The notes under the pieces: generated by a model | Told to the model about the DNA's origin: nothing | Seen by the model: the letters and a program-made list of their open reading frames with translations, nothing else | Database searches by the model: none | Translations under genes and position numbers: made by a program | In this document: positions 12,910 through 25,650 of the stretch, in pieces | Layout: every line of letters starts with the position of its first letter | Numbering within the stretch: the first letter of the stretch is position 1 | Source: Lama guanicoe | Lineage: Eukaryota | Length of the DNA stretch: 64,000 bases | Direction of reading: 5' to 3' | Assembly: GCA_013239625.1 (NCBI GenBank) | Contig: MU054220.1 | Location: forward strand, 7,537,367-7,601,366

Positions 12910-13125
12910 CATTTTATTTTGAACAATTTGGCATTACAGAAAAGTTGCAACAATAATACAGAGTACTATCCCAATAGAGTCTTCACTCCATTTCTCTCAA
13001 GGTTAATTTCTCACATAACCATAGCACACCTATCAAAACCAGTACACTAACACTTTATTGAACTACACACCATATTCAAATTCCAGCAGTATTTCCACTA
13101 ATGTCTCATTTCTCTGCTAGGATCC
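12910..13125 (-). mobile_element. L1MB/MC-type 3' end nested in an older L1
   Basis: ttttattttgaacaatt...ttacagaaaagttgcaacaataatacagag...cacataaccatagcaca..tatcaaaacca. Confidence 0.75.
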
Positions 13126-13329
13126 TGAATAGACCTCTTTGATTTTGAGTACTGTTTATACATTAAGGACATTGACTCTTTCTGTGATATAAATTGCCAA
13201 CAGAGTCTCCCAATTTGTCATCTGTCTCTGTTCCTGCTCATTGAAACATGAGTCTGTCTTTCACTCCATTCCACTTCCAGATGCCAAGCTATTTTTAAGC
13301 TACTTAAGTTCTTGTAATTCTGTCACAGC

Positions 13330-13520
13330 TCTCTCAGAGTTTCCTTCATTGCATTTATCAAGTTAAACTTTTTCATTTGGTTATTTGCTTGGTTTTTTTC
13401 CCCTCCTCACTCAACTATAAAAGCCATGGATTCTGTGTTTAGTCACCACCATACAGCCAGCTCCTGGAAGAGTACCTGCCACACATTCACTTTTTACCAT
13501 TATCTATTGAGTTCATTAAC
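13330..13520 (+). mobile_element. L2 3' end
   Basis: cactcaactataaaagccatg...cagctcctggaagagtacctgccacacat. Confidence 0.6.
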
Positions 13521-13529
13521 TAGATCATC

Positions 13530-13925
13530 AAGAAGCCATGCCATTGAAAGGACTATTGAAGAAGTAAGAATATTTGGCTTAGAAAAGATAAAATTAGATA
13601 GAAATATGGTAGGCATTTTCAAATATTTAAGAAGCAATCATATAAAAAATACATTTATTTTATGTAACTCCAGAGGCCAATCAGGGCAGCAAAACAGCTA
13701 TTTTTTTCCAAAATTAGGAATTGTTCTCTAATGCTTTAAGTTTTAATTAGAAGAATTAAAAAAAAGCCATCTGACAACAGGAATGTCTTCTTAGCCATTA
13801 GAGTATTTTCAAAGAGAAAATGAATTTCAGCCTCACGAAGAGATTGGAGAGGAGGTTCATGCATAAATTTGGTTTGACTAAATAAATTCTAGTAAGTATA
13901 TTTCCAAAGCTAAGATTCTATAAAG
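13530..13925 (+). mobile_element. L3/CR1 LINE 3' end
   Basis: The ORF segment IEEVRIFGLEKIKLDRNMVGIFKYLRSNH resembles the CR1 ORF2 C-terminus (LKELGxFSLEKRRLRGDMIAVFKYLKG); ends ttccaaagctaagattctat. Confidence 0.8.
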
Positions 13926-15759
13926 CCATGAAAAAGAGCTTTAAGGGTAAGTGTTGCTATAACCATCCTTTTAGGAGAAAGAAGTTATGGAGTATGAGCC
14001 CAAATGAATGAATTCATAATGGTAAAATCTGAGCAGTTAAACAGCTAAGTGGGAACATATTTGGGGCAGTAAATATTTCTGGTCACCAGAAAGTAATACT
14101 ATATTTGAAATCCTTTCTCTGCTTATAGTCATGAATGATACTGAGTTGTGCAAATCATGCACTAATCTGACACATCTATTAAAAAGTGAAACTATTTGCC
14201 TGTGTCATCTGTCTTTTTCTTTTCTTTTCTTTTAGGTAGATTAATCACACCTACTGGAAGCATGTTAGACTTGAGATACGGTTTTGAAATTTATAGATGA
14301 ATTGATAAAGGCTAAAAACTGAGCCCTAATGCTTGAAATAAACATTTCTACAGGTTCTTGGGCAAGCACCTGAAGTGAATAAATGAATGCACATATTTGA
14401 AGAATAAGAAACTTTTATGTTTCATCTCAAATTTCAAGGAATGGGTCTTGGAAAATAACACGTCCCACTAATTATGCTGCTTTTGCCATGGCATCACAAG
14501 GTGCCTTCAAAATGTTTCATTTTGTGGACCAACATGTCTCTAACCTACATTTCACTTGTTGGCTAAAGAGAAATTCAGTGCTGATATCTAATTAAGTGCT
14601 GATTAGAAGAATATAAACACACAACCTAATATTAAAGTATAGCCCATAAGGCAGAAGGAGCCAAAATCTGGGAAACGCAGTGGAAATGAATTATTAAGTC
14701 ATCAAACATTGAAGCCTAGAGGGTTATTTGCTCATGGCTAGCTACCCAGTTGGAAGGGCCAGTCATTTTTCTGTTTACTTTAAGGCAGACATCTCACAAA
14801 ACACCGTTTGCTCAAGGAAATTGTGTAATTTCATAATCTGTTCTACATGTCTTTAGTACATTGTATTTGCCACAGAGGGCAAGTCTGCAAATGCACCTGC
14901 TCAGTTTGATGTTTATGAAAATGGCAATTATGATGATGTAGCATTGAAATAAAACTTTGCTGGATAGAAATTAAAGAGTGAAAACAATGATCTGCTAAAA
15001 ACTATTATTTTGTCAGCCATTCCATTCATCAAAATTGCAATTAATTTCTTCCTCTCCAGCATCATTGTGGTTGAAACAAAGACCAGTAATCTAACATCTG
15101 GTTGCAGATTGAAAAAGAGAACACTCCCTTCTTTCACAAAGCTCTGTTAAGCATCGTGTTTACACTGTTAGATGAGATAGTTAAAATTCTCTAGTGTTCA
15201 ATGGTTTATATTTATTGTGATTTAGACTCTGAGAAATTTGCAATCCAAGTATGGAAGGAGTATTTGATAAAAAAAAAAGTCTTAAAACAGCCTCTCTTGC
15301 TTTTCAGTTGCTTGGAGATGTCTGCAATATTATTAAGATTTTAAAAATAATGTTAGTGCATTGTTAGCGTTCACTTTGCATTTCATATGAAACAATTATT
15401 TCTTGCACATAAATACATTCAGAGTTCGCAAGGGTTAGATATATTTCTTGTCCTCTTACTTGCAGCCCAGCTCTTCATTCTGAATGAATCACCTTTCTGT
15501 GTAAGTTCGTTCATTTGTCCTGCTTTTCTTGCCTTTATACCTTTCGCTTTTCTTATTCATTTCCTCCCCTTCTCCATTTAGCCTCTACCACTAATGTCAT
15601 TACATAAAGAACAAAGCTTTATATATGGGCTTTCCTTATATCTAAGGATACAAGGAAATATATACAGATATATTTAGATATAATGATATATCCGCACATA
15701 CTCATTTCACTTAATATAAGGACTATACATATATATAACATTAGAGATGTACAGAAGCA

Positions 15760-17148
15760 TACATATTTGAGTATATTGCTGGTATTATTTTGAACAGTTA
15801 TCTGCTATATTAAGAATAAGAAAAATAAAAAATTGTATTTAACCTTCTCTTGTACCTTCTTCAGTGTTCTTCCTTCCTTTGTGCAAATATGAGTTTCTGA
15901 CTTATGTAACTTTCCTCCTCTCCAAAGAATTTCTTCTTACATTTCTTGTAACACAGGTCTCCTGGCAACAAGGACCCTCCATTTTTGTTTGTCCAAGAAA
16001 GTCTTTATTTCTCCTTCACTTCAGTAGGATAATTTCACAAAGTACAGAATTCTACATTACTGGGTTTCTTCTTTCAACACTTCACATGTTTAACTCCTTC
16101 TTTGCTTGCTGGTTACTGAGAAAGGCGTCAGGTATAATTCTGACCTTTGTTCCTCTATATGAAAAGTGTTTTCTTTTCTGCCTCTCGTCTCCTGGTATTC
16201 CCACTATGCAAGTACAGCTGCCGTCCATAGTTGTCCTGCAGTCCTTGGATATTCTGTTATGTTTTTTTCAGTCTTCGTCCTCCTTGCCTCTTGGTTTTCA
16301 AGGATTCTCTAGCTCAGAGATCTTTCCTCAGCTGTGTCCAGGCTACTAAATATCAAAGGCATTCTTCATTTTTGTTACCTTTAAAAAAAAATCTCTAGCA
16401 TTTCTTTTTTGATTCTTTCTAAAGATTTCGGTCTTTCTACTTACATTGTTCACGGTTCTTGTGTGCTGTCTACTTTATCCACCAGAGCCCGCAGCATAAT
16501 AATCATGGTTGTTTTAAATTCCTGGTCTGATGATTCCAACACCTCTGCCTTGTCTGGGCTGATGCATGCTTTCTCTTGTCAAGTTGTGCTTTTTGTCTTT
16601 CAGTAGGCCTTGTAAGTTTTCCCGGATAGTTGGGCAAGGTGTACAGAGTAAAAGGAGCGGCTAGAAATCGGACTTCAGCAATGTGGTGGTGAGATACGGG
16701 GAAAGAGGAAGCGTTCTACAGTCCTATGATTAGGTCTCAGTCTTTTAGTAAAACTACTTGTCTGGATTATACATTTTATAAGAGTTTCTCAGTCTTTTTC
16801 TCCGCATTTGGTGGGGCAGGACGGCTAGAGTGGGCTAGAGTAAGCTACTTCTCTTCCCTCAGGTCAGTTAGGCTCCGATAACATCCCAGCAGGTTAGGCT
16901 CAGTTTAATCAGTTTCCTCTGAAGGTAGGAAGAATACTCCCATGTATTTCAACCTGTTTCTGTTTGTCTCTCTTCCTGCCACAAGCTCGAGAGGATTTTT
17001 GTTCAGTGCTCACCCTGGGAAACTGGTCAAGTTCCTGGAAGTTAACTCCCTACTGATTTTTTTTTTTTTTTACCTTTGTTCGGTGTTTTACTTGTTAGGG
17101 CACTGTGGTGACTTCAAGATTTCTTACTTGCAGAACTGAAAACCAGAA
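15760..17148 (-). mobile_element. Old L1M 5'/ORF1 region
   Basis: tttgtttgtccaagaaagtctttatttctccttcacttcagtaggataatttcacaaagtacagaattct is typical antisense L1M ORF1; followed by L1MC-like 5' UTR sequence. Confidence 0.8.
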
Positions 17149-19309
17149 ATATTTAGGTGGCTGTTTTTTTGGATATAGAGGGAAGGAGGTGTGGACCTAT
17201 GGAACTCCTAACTTGGTATATGCAATCTTAGCTGCAGAGTTAGATTCCTATATTGGGTTCCTAATTTAAGTCATTTTATGTCTTCTTCTCTGCTTCCCTT
17301 TGACTTTGGAATTAAATTTTGACTAGGAATCTCTGCTGCCTGCCCTCAAAACCCTGAATCAATCCTGTGTCACTGTAAGAAGCTCAGAATGGCTTTTATA
17401 AGCAAAGCACTGCGGATAGTTAGTGCAATAATTAGAACTCAGGGATCTCTTAATTTCACTCATCTCCTAAATGTGGAAAAATTGGTGTAGAGGTGCACAG
17501 AGATAACTTTTTAATTTTTCAGTTTATTTAATTTATTCTTTCGCTAGTTCCATTTATTTCACTTCTCAACTTTTATTATATTGGTTTTTAAGATTGGGCC
17601 CAATCCCCGAAATCCTAATTTGCAAAATATATTTTTACCAGAGACAAAAGGGGGTCACTTAACATTTTTTAAGTTAGGTTGAGAGACTTTCGCAAGCACC
17701 TTATTGAGATATTTATGAAAGTAGCGTTTCCCTCAGAAGAAATTCTTTATATATCAGTTGGAGCAGTCACATCTCTCTTTCCCCCATTCAGGAGTAAGCT
17801 GACGACATACATTCACACACAAGATTATTCCTCCCCAAGGCTCATTATCTCTTACTGGCTGGGAGTTAGGATCCTAGCGGCCTTCTTGTTGCACATAATA
17901 AATGATTTTTCATGTTTTACCTATTTCTGTCCAATTCTTTATAAAGAGAAAAAAATATTTTAGGGCAGCCATAGATGTAAGTGTAGTAATTCTCGGTGAG
18001 TAGAGATTGACAATGTGAAGTACTCTAGTTTGAGAATATTATGCCGATCAGCCAAAGGGCACCACTCAAGCTAATGGAGTCTTCATTTCCCGCAATCACT
18101 ATTCTACCTTTTACGTATAAACAAAGGACAAAGTCCCAAAGAACTATTTTAGAAATAGAAATTGTTTTAAAAAATGAAAATAGGAACATTCTTTGCAGAG
18201 ACTTTTGATATCCTCTCCATATTTTCCCTCTCACTCTGCTTTTTTCTGGTTCATTGGAATAAACATAGGATGCTTAGGCACTTTTAAGAAAATATAACAT
18301 TAGAAGTAGACGTTTTTTCATGTAGCCCAAAAGTTCAAATAAAAAGCAACCTAAATAAAACTTGAAGTTTTTTTTTTTTTAAGAGAGGGGATTTTTTTCT
18401 TTTTCCTTTTTTCTTCATTACTTCGTTTGAGAAACCATAAGCCTTCACCAAAATATGTAAAAATGAATTTGGGGAAAGGAAGTGATAATAGACTTAACTT
18501 TTTTTTAGTCTATAGAGATATATCTGCCATGAAACTCACAGAAAAATAATTTTCAGAAGTCATTCAAAAATTTGCCTCAGGGAAATGCAACTGTCTGCAT
18601 GTGCATAATAGCTTCCTAAGTACTATTAATATTGGGATTATGGTTTATAAATAACTTTCAAATATTGTATCAATGTATGTGTAGTTCACTTCACAACTGA
18701 GAAAATTGGGACTTATAAAAGTTCAGCTTTTTAAAAATTATATGTCAACAACTCTGAGGTATGGGATCTGAATCTGACAGCTTCCCCTCGCTACCTGTTT
18801 TAATTTTATTACAGTTGGAAAATCTTTCTAAGTATTTTATCTCTATTCATTTTTAATCTTCTTCATACATTTAGAAAATTTTTTGCATTTTCCATGTGAA
18901 ATACATGAAAATTATTTGTTCTAAAAATATTTTTGATTCAAAAATATATTCATAAAACAATTTTGGAATGTTCTTTTCCTGAAGCGAGTTTTAAAAGTTG
19001 CAGCTGTTCTGGGGAGCCCTTGTCATCAAACCCTATTAGTGAAATTCTCCACGGGGCTCAGGGAGAGAGGATTGTTTGATTCACTTTTGATTATTAAGAG
19101 AATAGTCATGAGCTATTATTTAGTCTCTACAGGGTAGAGATTTAGTTAAAATCTTTATTTATATTTTAATCCCTTTTATCTTTTTGATTTTTCCCAGAGC
19201 AGTAGGAAATATTTCTTGCCTCATTAGAATATGACAGTCCAACAATAACCACACAATTTGGATAGAACTCTGGACAACAGAATTCCTTCTAATTCATTGA
19301 TTTTATATT

Positions 19310-19470
19310 AACAGCAGGTACCATATGGCTTATATATAGTTTTGTTATTTAATATCTGATATCATCTTTCATTTATAGAGAAATAGACCTAGCTCAGAGA
19401 GGTATGATTGTGTTTCATCCAAAAATTATAAATGGCAGTAGTGAAATTTGATTAAATAGCTGTCTACAAA
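19310..19470 (-). mobile_element. MIR SINE
   Basis: catttatagagaaatagacctagctcagagaggt core in reverse. Confidence 0.55.
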
Positions 19471-20336
19471 GTCTGTATTTAAAACATGAGTGGTCAATGA
19501 TGAACACAGGTCTTTGAAATAATCCCTATTGTTTTAGTTAGCTTTAGCTCCAAGGCACATGACAGATTTGAAAATTTTTCAAAATTCCCAATTCCTAGAT
19601 GTCTGAATTGTTTTCTGAAATATCAAAATATTTTCCCCTTTTCTTGTGTTGTAGTTCAAGTACTGTTTTTCACTGAATGATGTATGAAAGTGTAGCAACT
19701 TAATCAAATTGCCTAGAATTGAAGAAGAAGAAAAAATCACCATCATACTTTGATCTCATGTGAGTAATATTTGACAAGTAGAAATAGTATATAAATAATG
19801 GTTAATGGAGAATGTTCAGCCTTCACATTTCATCTTCCTTCTAGCGATATAAATCGTCACGGGAAGAAATGCCATGTTTTATTTGTTATGACCCTGAAGA
19901 GAGCAAAATAAATTAAAAAATGACAGGTGGGGCTAGGGGTAAGATCAATATGCTATTTTACTGTAATGTTAAATATTCTGCTTATGATAGATTGGCTTCT
20001 TCTCTATTGTCAGAGTCATTAAAGCTGAAAGGCTTTGAGGCACGAGGTGAAGAGAATACAAATGCATTAGGACCAAGTTAGAGTATGACTTATTGTATGA
20101 GTTTATGTATGACACGGGTGAAATCATATTTTTGGAAATAAAACTACATAGAGAAGATATATAAGCAATATAAATGTATACTGTGTCTTATATTTTGACC
20201 CCTACCATGATCTCTTGTTGTCTTTTGGGATCCACGTTCTCTGTCCTATAATTTAATTTCCAACAAGCATCCACAGTAATTAAAAAGTAAGTTACATACA
20301 TCACTTTATTCTTAACCTCTTTACAATCTCCTAAAA

Positions 20337-20550
20337 CAGGGCTTCTTAACCTTGACTCTACAACAATTTAGGCAGTAATTCTTTGTTGTGGGGAACTGTC
20401 CTGTGTATTGTAGGATGTTTAGCCTCATCTCTGGACTCAACTCACTGAAGGCCAGGAACCCCTTCTCCTCTATTTGTGACAACCAAAAATGTGTCCACAG
20501 TGTCAAGTGTCCCCGAGGGAGCAAAACTATCACCTTGTTGAGAACCATTG
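20337..20550. mobile_element. MER20 hAT-Charlie DNA transposon (MITE)
   Basis: TIRs cagggcttcttaac / gttgagaaccattg; internal aattctttgttgtggggaactgtcctgtgtattgtaggatgtttagc; 8-bp TSD-like flanks tcctaaaa / tgctaaag. Confidence 0.92.
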
Positions 20551-20747
20551 TGCTAAAGACTTTATGCTCAATACAAAATAAGTTTTATACACATTATTCT
20601 ACAAAATTCCAAAATGATCTGTCTATATTTGACCTCTCACAAATTCTATCATAAACCCTATAAACTATTCTCACCACAGTCCAGATACACGTACAGTCTT
20701 TTGGCTTCTCCAAATTGCCACGATTATTCTCAAGGCAGGAAGGCGCC

Positions 20748-21088
20748 TGTTGTCCTGAAACAAATAGACTGCCAGAAATTTCTCCTGCAAAGATGCACTT
20801 ATTCGGGATCAGCAGAGAATTGCAACTCGGGGTCTGCAGCCGTAGCCTAGCCATATGCAAGTCCCTCCATCGCAAGGGAAGGAAAATGCTTTTATAGAGA
20901 GGAGAAGGGAGTTGGGAGGGCGAGAGTAAAGAAAGAGTCCGTGGCTTCTCATTGGCTGAGTCTTTGCCGGCAGAGAAGAGGAGTCTTTTTTTTCTTCCCG
21001 TTGGGCTCTGCTATGGTCACAGGGCATGAAAGCTCCTCCTTCTGGTCTCCTGATTCTATTTAACTTTTACTGTTTATCAATGTTTACA
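20748..21088 (-). mobile_element. ERV1-like solo LTR, relatively young
   Basis: TG...CA termini, 341 bp; minus-strand CCAAT (20951-20955) and TATAAAA (20890-20896); many CpGs retained; flanks cgcc/agcc resemble a 4-bp TSD. Confidence 0.85.
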
Positions 21089-21089
21089 A

Positions 21090-21340
21090 GCCCTTAAATA
21101 GTCATTTTCCCAATTTGGACTTCTCTCCCTCAAGATCTTCACGCAAGGAGCTCCTTCATGTCTGTATCAACTGTCACTTCTGGAGGACCTTCCTGGTCTA
21201 CCCGATTTCAAATAGCCCCCTAGTCGCCTGTATGGTATCACTCTGCATTATACCTTTCCCAAAACTTACTAATGTATTTTGAGATTTACATTTATTATCC
21301 CTTTCCTCTGGAATGTAAGGTACATAACAGATACTTTGAG
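21090..21340 (+). mobile_element. L2 fragment (probable host of the ERV1 LTR)
   Basis: caactgtcacttctggaggaccttcctgg...cctctggaatgtaagg. Confidence 0.6.
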
Positions 21341-22139
21341 CTTTTTAACACATTTTTATTAAACGCAACATTATTCTACACTTGTGGAATATAGTATTAA
21401 AATGCCAAACACAAAAGTATCAATAAATACATAAGCTATAAAAATCAAGCAGAATTTAGTCATTTAACCAGATCAGAACTGGACTAGAGTACAATAAATA
21501 AAAGAAATAGGTTCCAGGTTTACTCATCTGTATCAAAGTTGAGAGCCATTAAAAAGTTTTAAATTCCCCTCTCTAATAAGATAACTAGCTTTAATATCAT
21601 CCATGTGTATGATGTAACAAGGAATGGGAATATGACAAAAGAATGAAAGAGAATTAAGGATAAGAGAATAAATAAGTGAGAAGCTCCCTAACTTCTCCAA
21701 GTAGTAATGATACTCTATCCTCTCCCTTACAATTGCATTAATGTATCTCTGACATAATAATTAGCATGAGGTGGACTTCTACTGGTTATAAGGTCCTTGA
21801 GGGCAGAACCATAACTTTTCATTTAGCTATCTGTAATAAATGCTTCTGTACTGATTATCTGGTGAATGAGCAGCATGTCCATATTGATTGCTTTGTTTGT
21901 GAATTTTTATTTATTTATTCAATCAACACTGTTTATTTTGTAATCTTCCAGCACTGTTCTAGCCACTAGGATTTAATTCTTATTCATGTTTTGCCTTTAT
22001 CTTCTCCTCTCTGGGGTAGCAGGAAAAAATGCTTCAATAGTGAGAGCCCTGCCTACCTTTCCTCCCCAAGAATAAAGAAAATCGGTAATACTAAACTGAT
22101 GGAACTTCATTGTTTTCGCTTTACTTTTCTCTAATTTGA

Positions 22140-22310
22140 AAGCCCGCAACTCGGTCAATGAAATTAATGATGGGGAAATTGAGAATCAATACAAGGAAAT
22201 ACGTTCTTTGCCTTGTGTGTAGTCAGGCGATAGAATTCTCTGACGCAGATGCGATCAAGTCAAATAATGTGTGGTTGGATATGAAAATAGAAGAGAGAGT
22301 TTTAGCTTCA
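22140..22310 (+). mobile_element. Ancient CR1-clade LINE 3' remnant
   Basis: Translation MKLMMGKLRINTRKYVL resembles the CR1-clade ORF2 C-terminal motif MKLxGxKFRTxxRKYFF. Confidence 0.55.
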
Positions 22311-22796
22311 TTCATAGCACTCGCAGTTATTAGTCTATTGATCAGACAAAGGGGAAATTTATCTTTTGCTTCTGGGCATATTGAGATGTTGATTATCTGC
22401 AAAGATAAATGTGTGATATTTTGATCTTCTGTGGAATTTATGTTTCAGGGGAGAAGCAGGGGAGAGTTGATATATGGAATTGATCCTACTGCTTCCAGAA
22501 AAGCTAGAGATCAGATACCTACACTGAACCCGTGCGACAAATGGAAAGATCCACATCACCACATTTCCAAGACCTTCAAAATAAGCAACATAACAGTTAT
22601 TAAATAAAAAATAGACAAAACTTATTTTATGATAAATGTTCTTTATGAAAAAATAACACTGGATTGATAGAAAAAGAGGGGGAAATGTGTACTGAGTACT
22701 GATTCTGTCCTAAACACAATTTAAGTGGTCTTACCTAGTTATTCTAATGATTCTAGGAAATGATAGAGAAAAACTACTGATTGAAAGTAAACAATG

Positions 22797-23010
22797 GTTC
22801 TAACCAATATACATATATAAAATAGATAAACAATAAGTTTACACTGTATAGCACAAGGAGCTGTATTCAATATCTTGCAGTAACATATGGTGAAAAAGAA
22901 TATGAAAACAAATGTATGTATGTTCATGTATGACTGAAGCCTTACGCTGTACACCAGAAATTGACACAACATTGTAAACTGCCTATACTTCAAATTTATA
23001 TATATATATA
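22797..23010 (+). mobile_element. Young camelid-type L1 3' end with (TA)n tail
   Basis: tgtacaccagaaattgacacaacattgtaaactgcctatacttcaa; TSD gaaagtaaacaatg (22783-22796) / gaaagtaaaccacg (23011-23024). Confidence 0.93.
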
Positions 23011-24299
23011 GAAAGTAAACCACGTACTAGCAAAGATTACATACTTTGTATATTGGTAGACATTTTAATACTCAAAATGATGCATGAAATGGTTTTATTA
23101 TTCTTTCTTAAGATAAAAAAACTAAAGAAAGTTAACCTGCATGAAACCAGTAAATAAATTTACAGCTCTCTGATAACTAAGCTTTATGCTAAGCCTCTCA
23201 ACACCATTTTGCCAAGGAGAAAACTGAAGCTCATCATAGATAAATAATTTAGTTGCGGTGTGTCCCAGCAAAAGAGGAGGGGAGAACATTTTGCAAATCT
23301 CTGGAGTATGTTCTTCAGAGTAAAATCACTATAACCTTATGTTCTATTTAGAAAATGCCCTGAGCCTTTAGTTTACCACAAAATAAATTAAATTGAACAT
23401 TTCAAATGTGCTTTTAATAGAAATGTCTGTTTTTTAAAAAGAAATCATCATTTGAAAGTAAAATTTAATTTAAATATTATCCTGGAAACTTTCTAATAAT
23501 AATCCCCGCAGAACAGAGTTTTTATTTACGTTGCATCTCACTGCCCGTTCTATTGCTCCAAAGGCTTTATTCAGAGTAGTTTCAACATCACGAGCAGAGA
23601 GATTATACACAGAGAGATAAAAGCATCTTTGGTAGCAGAGTCACCACATTGAATGGGAGGAGTATTTAAAGGGGATTATCAATAAACCACTCCTCTAATT
23701 TCAAGCTTATCCAGTGAATGGTCACAAACTGGTAAAATCTTCAAGAAAAAATATGGAGACATAGGTAGCCATACAGATTCTGTGGCTTGAATTTATTAAT
23801 ATAGCTATTTGGGCAAATTTATTCAGACAACATGAAGCATAATTAGGAAAAGCCATTAAAGTGATATGGTCGAAAGACACTCTAAAAATAAAGGTCTGTG
23901 CTTAGTAATAGCATGTTTAAAATAGTTTCAACATGTTATTGCTTTAAAAAAAAAAAAGGAAAACTAAAAAAAAGCCCACAATTCTGTTAACACTTGAGTT
24001 AGATTTGGGACATCACACGTTAATCTAAACCTTTTATTCAACATTGATGTCTTTCATTTAAGCATATGATCAAAATATGTGACCTTTTCTCTGACATTCA
24101 TTTACTTTTTGTGTATAACAATGGACGTAATAATATTAAACATTTATAAGTAATTAAATGGTGGAAACAATCCATGAATCCTAGTATATAAATACATGAT
24201 GATTACAAAGATGAGAAAAATCAAATTAGTATTTACCATCTTCCCAATCTTAGGAAACTCAACTAATATGATTGACTGATTGATTGATTTTTATTTTAT

Positions 24300-24460
24300 G
24301 GAAGACAGTATGGGTTTTGAATTATGAAATCATTTGGTCATGGCTGCCCTTGTTAATTAACAGTGTGTAGGTGGTTAATAAAGCTTCATTCTCAGAACTG
24401 AAGTGACAATTATTTACCTAGGACAGTGCCTGGCATACAGAAGACATTTAATTCATAGTA
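24300..24460 (+). mobile_element. MIR SINE fragment
   Basis: ggaagacagtatgggtttttgaatt...taggacagtgcctggcatacagaagacatttaa. Confidence 0.55.
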
Positions 24461-25459
24461 TTTTTTTTTCTATTTATGAATAGAGTTTTCTGAAGGGAAA
24501 AGTAAGACTCAAATGCTGAGTGGTTCAAAGGAAATACATAAGTATTACATCATAGATTTCTCATATACTGTGGAGGCAAATATTCAGAGAATCTATTCAA
24601 AGGATGGAAAGTAGGTCTCAACTCACATGTTAAAGCAGAGTAATGAGTCTATGTTGTAAGTGATATTTGGACTTAAGAAGAAAATTTGCTGCAACTGATC
24701 AGTAATATTTGGTTTGTGTGTAGAATTGTTGGTTCCAAGGCTACACCCATGCAGATTATTTTCCACTCTCAAACAGCCATAATTCTGTGAGCAACCTTTT
24801 ATCATAGCATAGTCTCTGAAAATGAAGCTGAAAGTATCATGACCAATTCTTCTTTATTATAGAGATAACTAATTCAGAGATGACCGGATGCTCTCAGGTA
24901 CAGGCTAAAATTTATTTGAATATAAACAATTGCAGAAAAGTTTGATTTTTTTGGTTTAAGATGGTGAAATTATTTTAAAATGGGTTACTGAATACTCAGT
25001 AAATTGTGATTTCATACTTAAGCCTATTAAAAAGGTCCGTATCCCATTCTTAAGAGGAGTTTTAAAGAGAAATGGAATTAATTTTGGTCACCTATTGAAT
25101 TAAACTGAAAGAATACTTTAATAACTTCATTGTTTTTTTAAATAACCAAATTTAATCTCAAAAATAATATTATATAAATTGATTTGATTTATTGAAGCTA
25201 TTTAGTAAGGTGTTCTTTTATATATTTGCATCTGATAATTCCTATACAGGCAGACACGGTTTTCTTCCCTGGATACAGACACCTCTGGGTGGGGTCCATG
25301 CTGGAGGAATTTCTAACATACCTTTAGAGTTGTCAAATAAGAATTTGAAGGATTAATTTATCTTTCACTGGTATATGTAGGGGGGTACTAGTAGCACAGT
25401 TATTAGACCTGTTCCAGTCATGTTGGATTCCTGTGGTGGCCAAATCCACATTGAATGTA

Positions 25460-25650
25460 TGTCTTTTGTATGCCAGCAATTATGCTATCGCCTGGACTAC
25501 GTACTTAATTTTCAAAAAGCACTGTGAAGGTAGATTTTTAAGTTCCCATTTTATAGTCTCACTAGTTCAGTAAGACTAAGAAATGTGTCAAAGATCAGAC
25601 TATCAGTAAAGTTTTAAAGCCAGTTTAACTTGACTCCCCATTACCATCTA
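25460..25650 (-). mobile_element. MIR SINE
   Basis: actgtgaaggtagatttttaagttcccattttatag...gtcaaagatcagactatcagtaa. Confidence 0.6.

Noticed and set aside
14236..14383. Acceptor-like (CTTTT)n-AG followed by two AATAAA
   Set aside because: The pyrimidine tract is a simple repeat and the second signal looks like an L2 tail; no ORF
15466..15500. 35-nt cag...gtaagt micro-exon
   Set aside because: Weak exonic donor context (TGT|gt) and no other support
15864..16349. Longest ORF in the track (161 aa)
   Set aside because: Lies antisense within an old L1 ORF1 region; F/L/S-rich chance ORF
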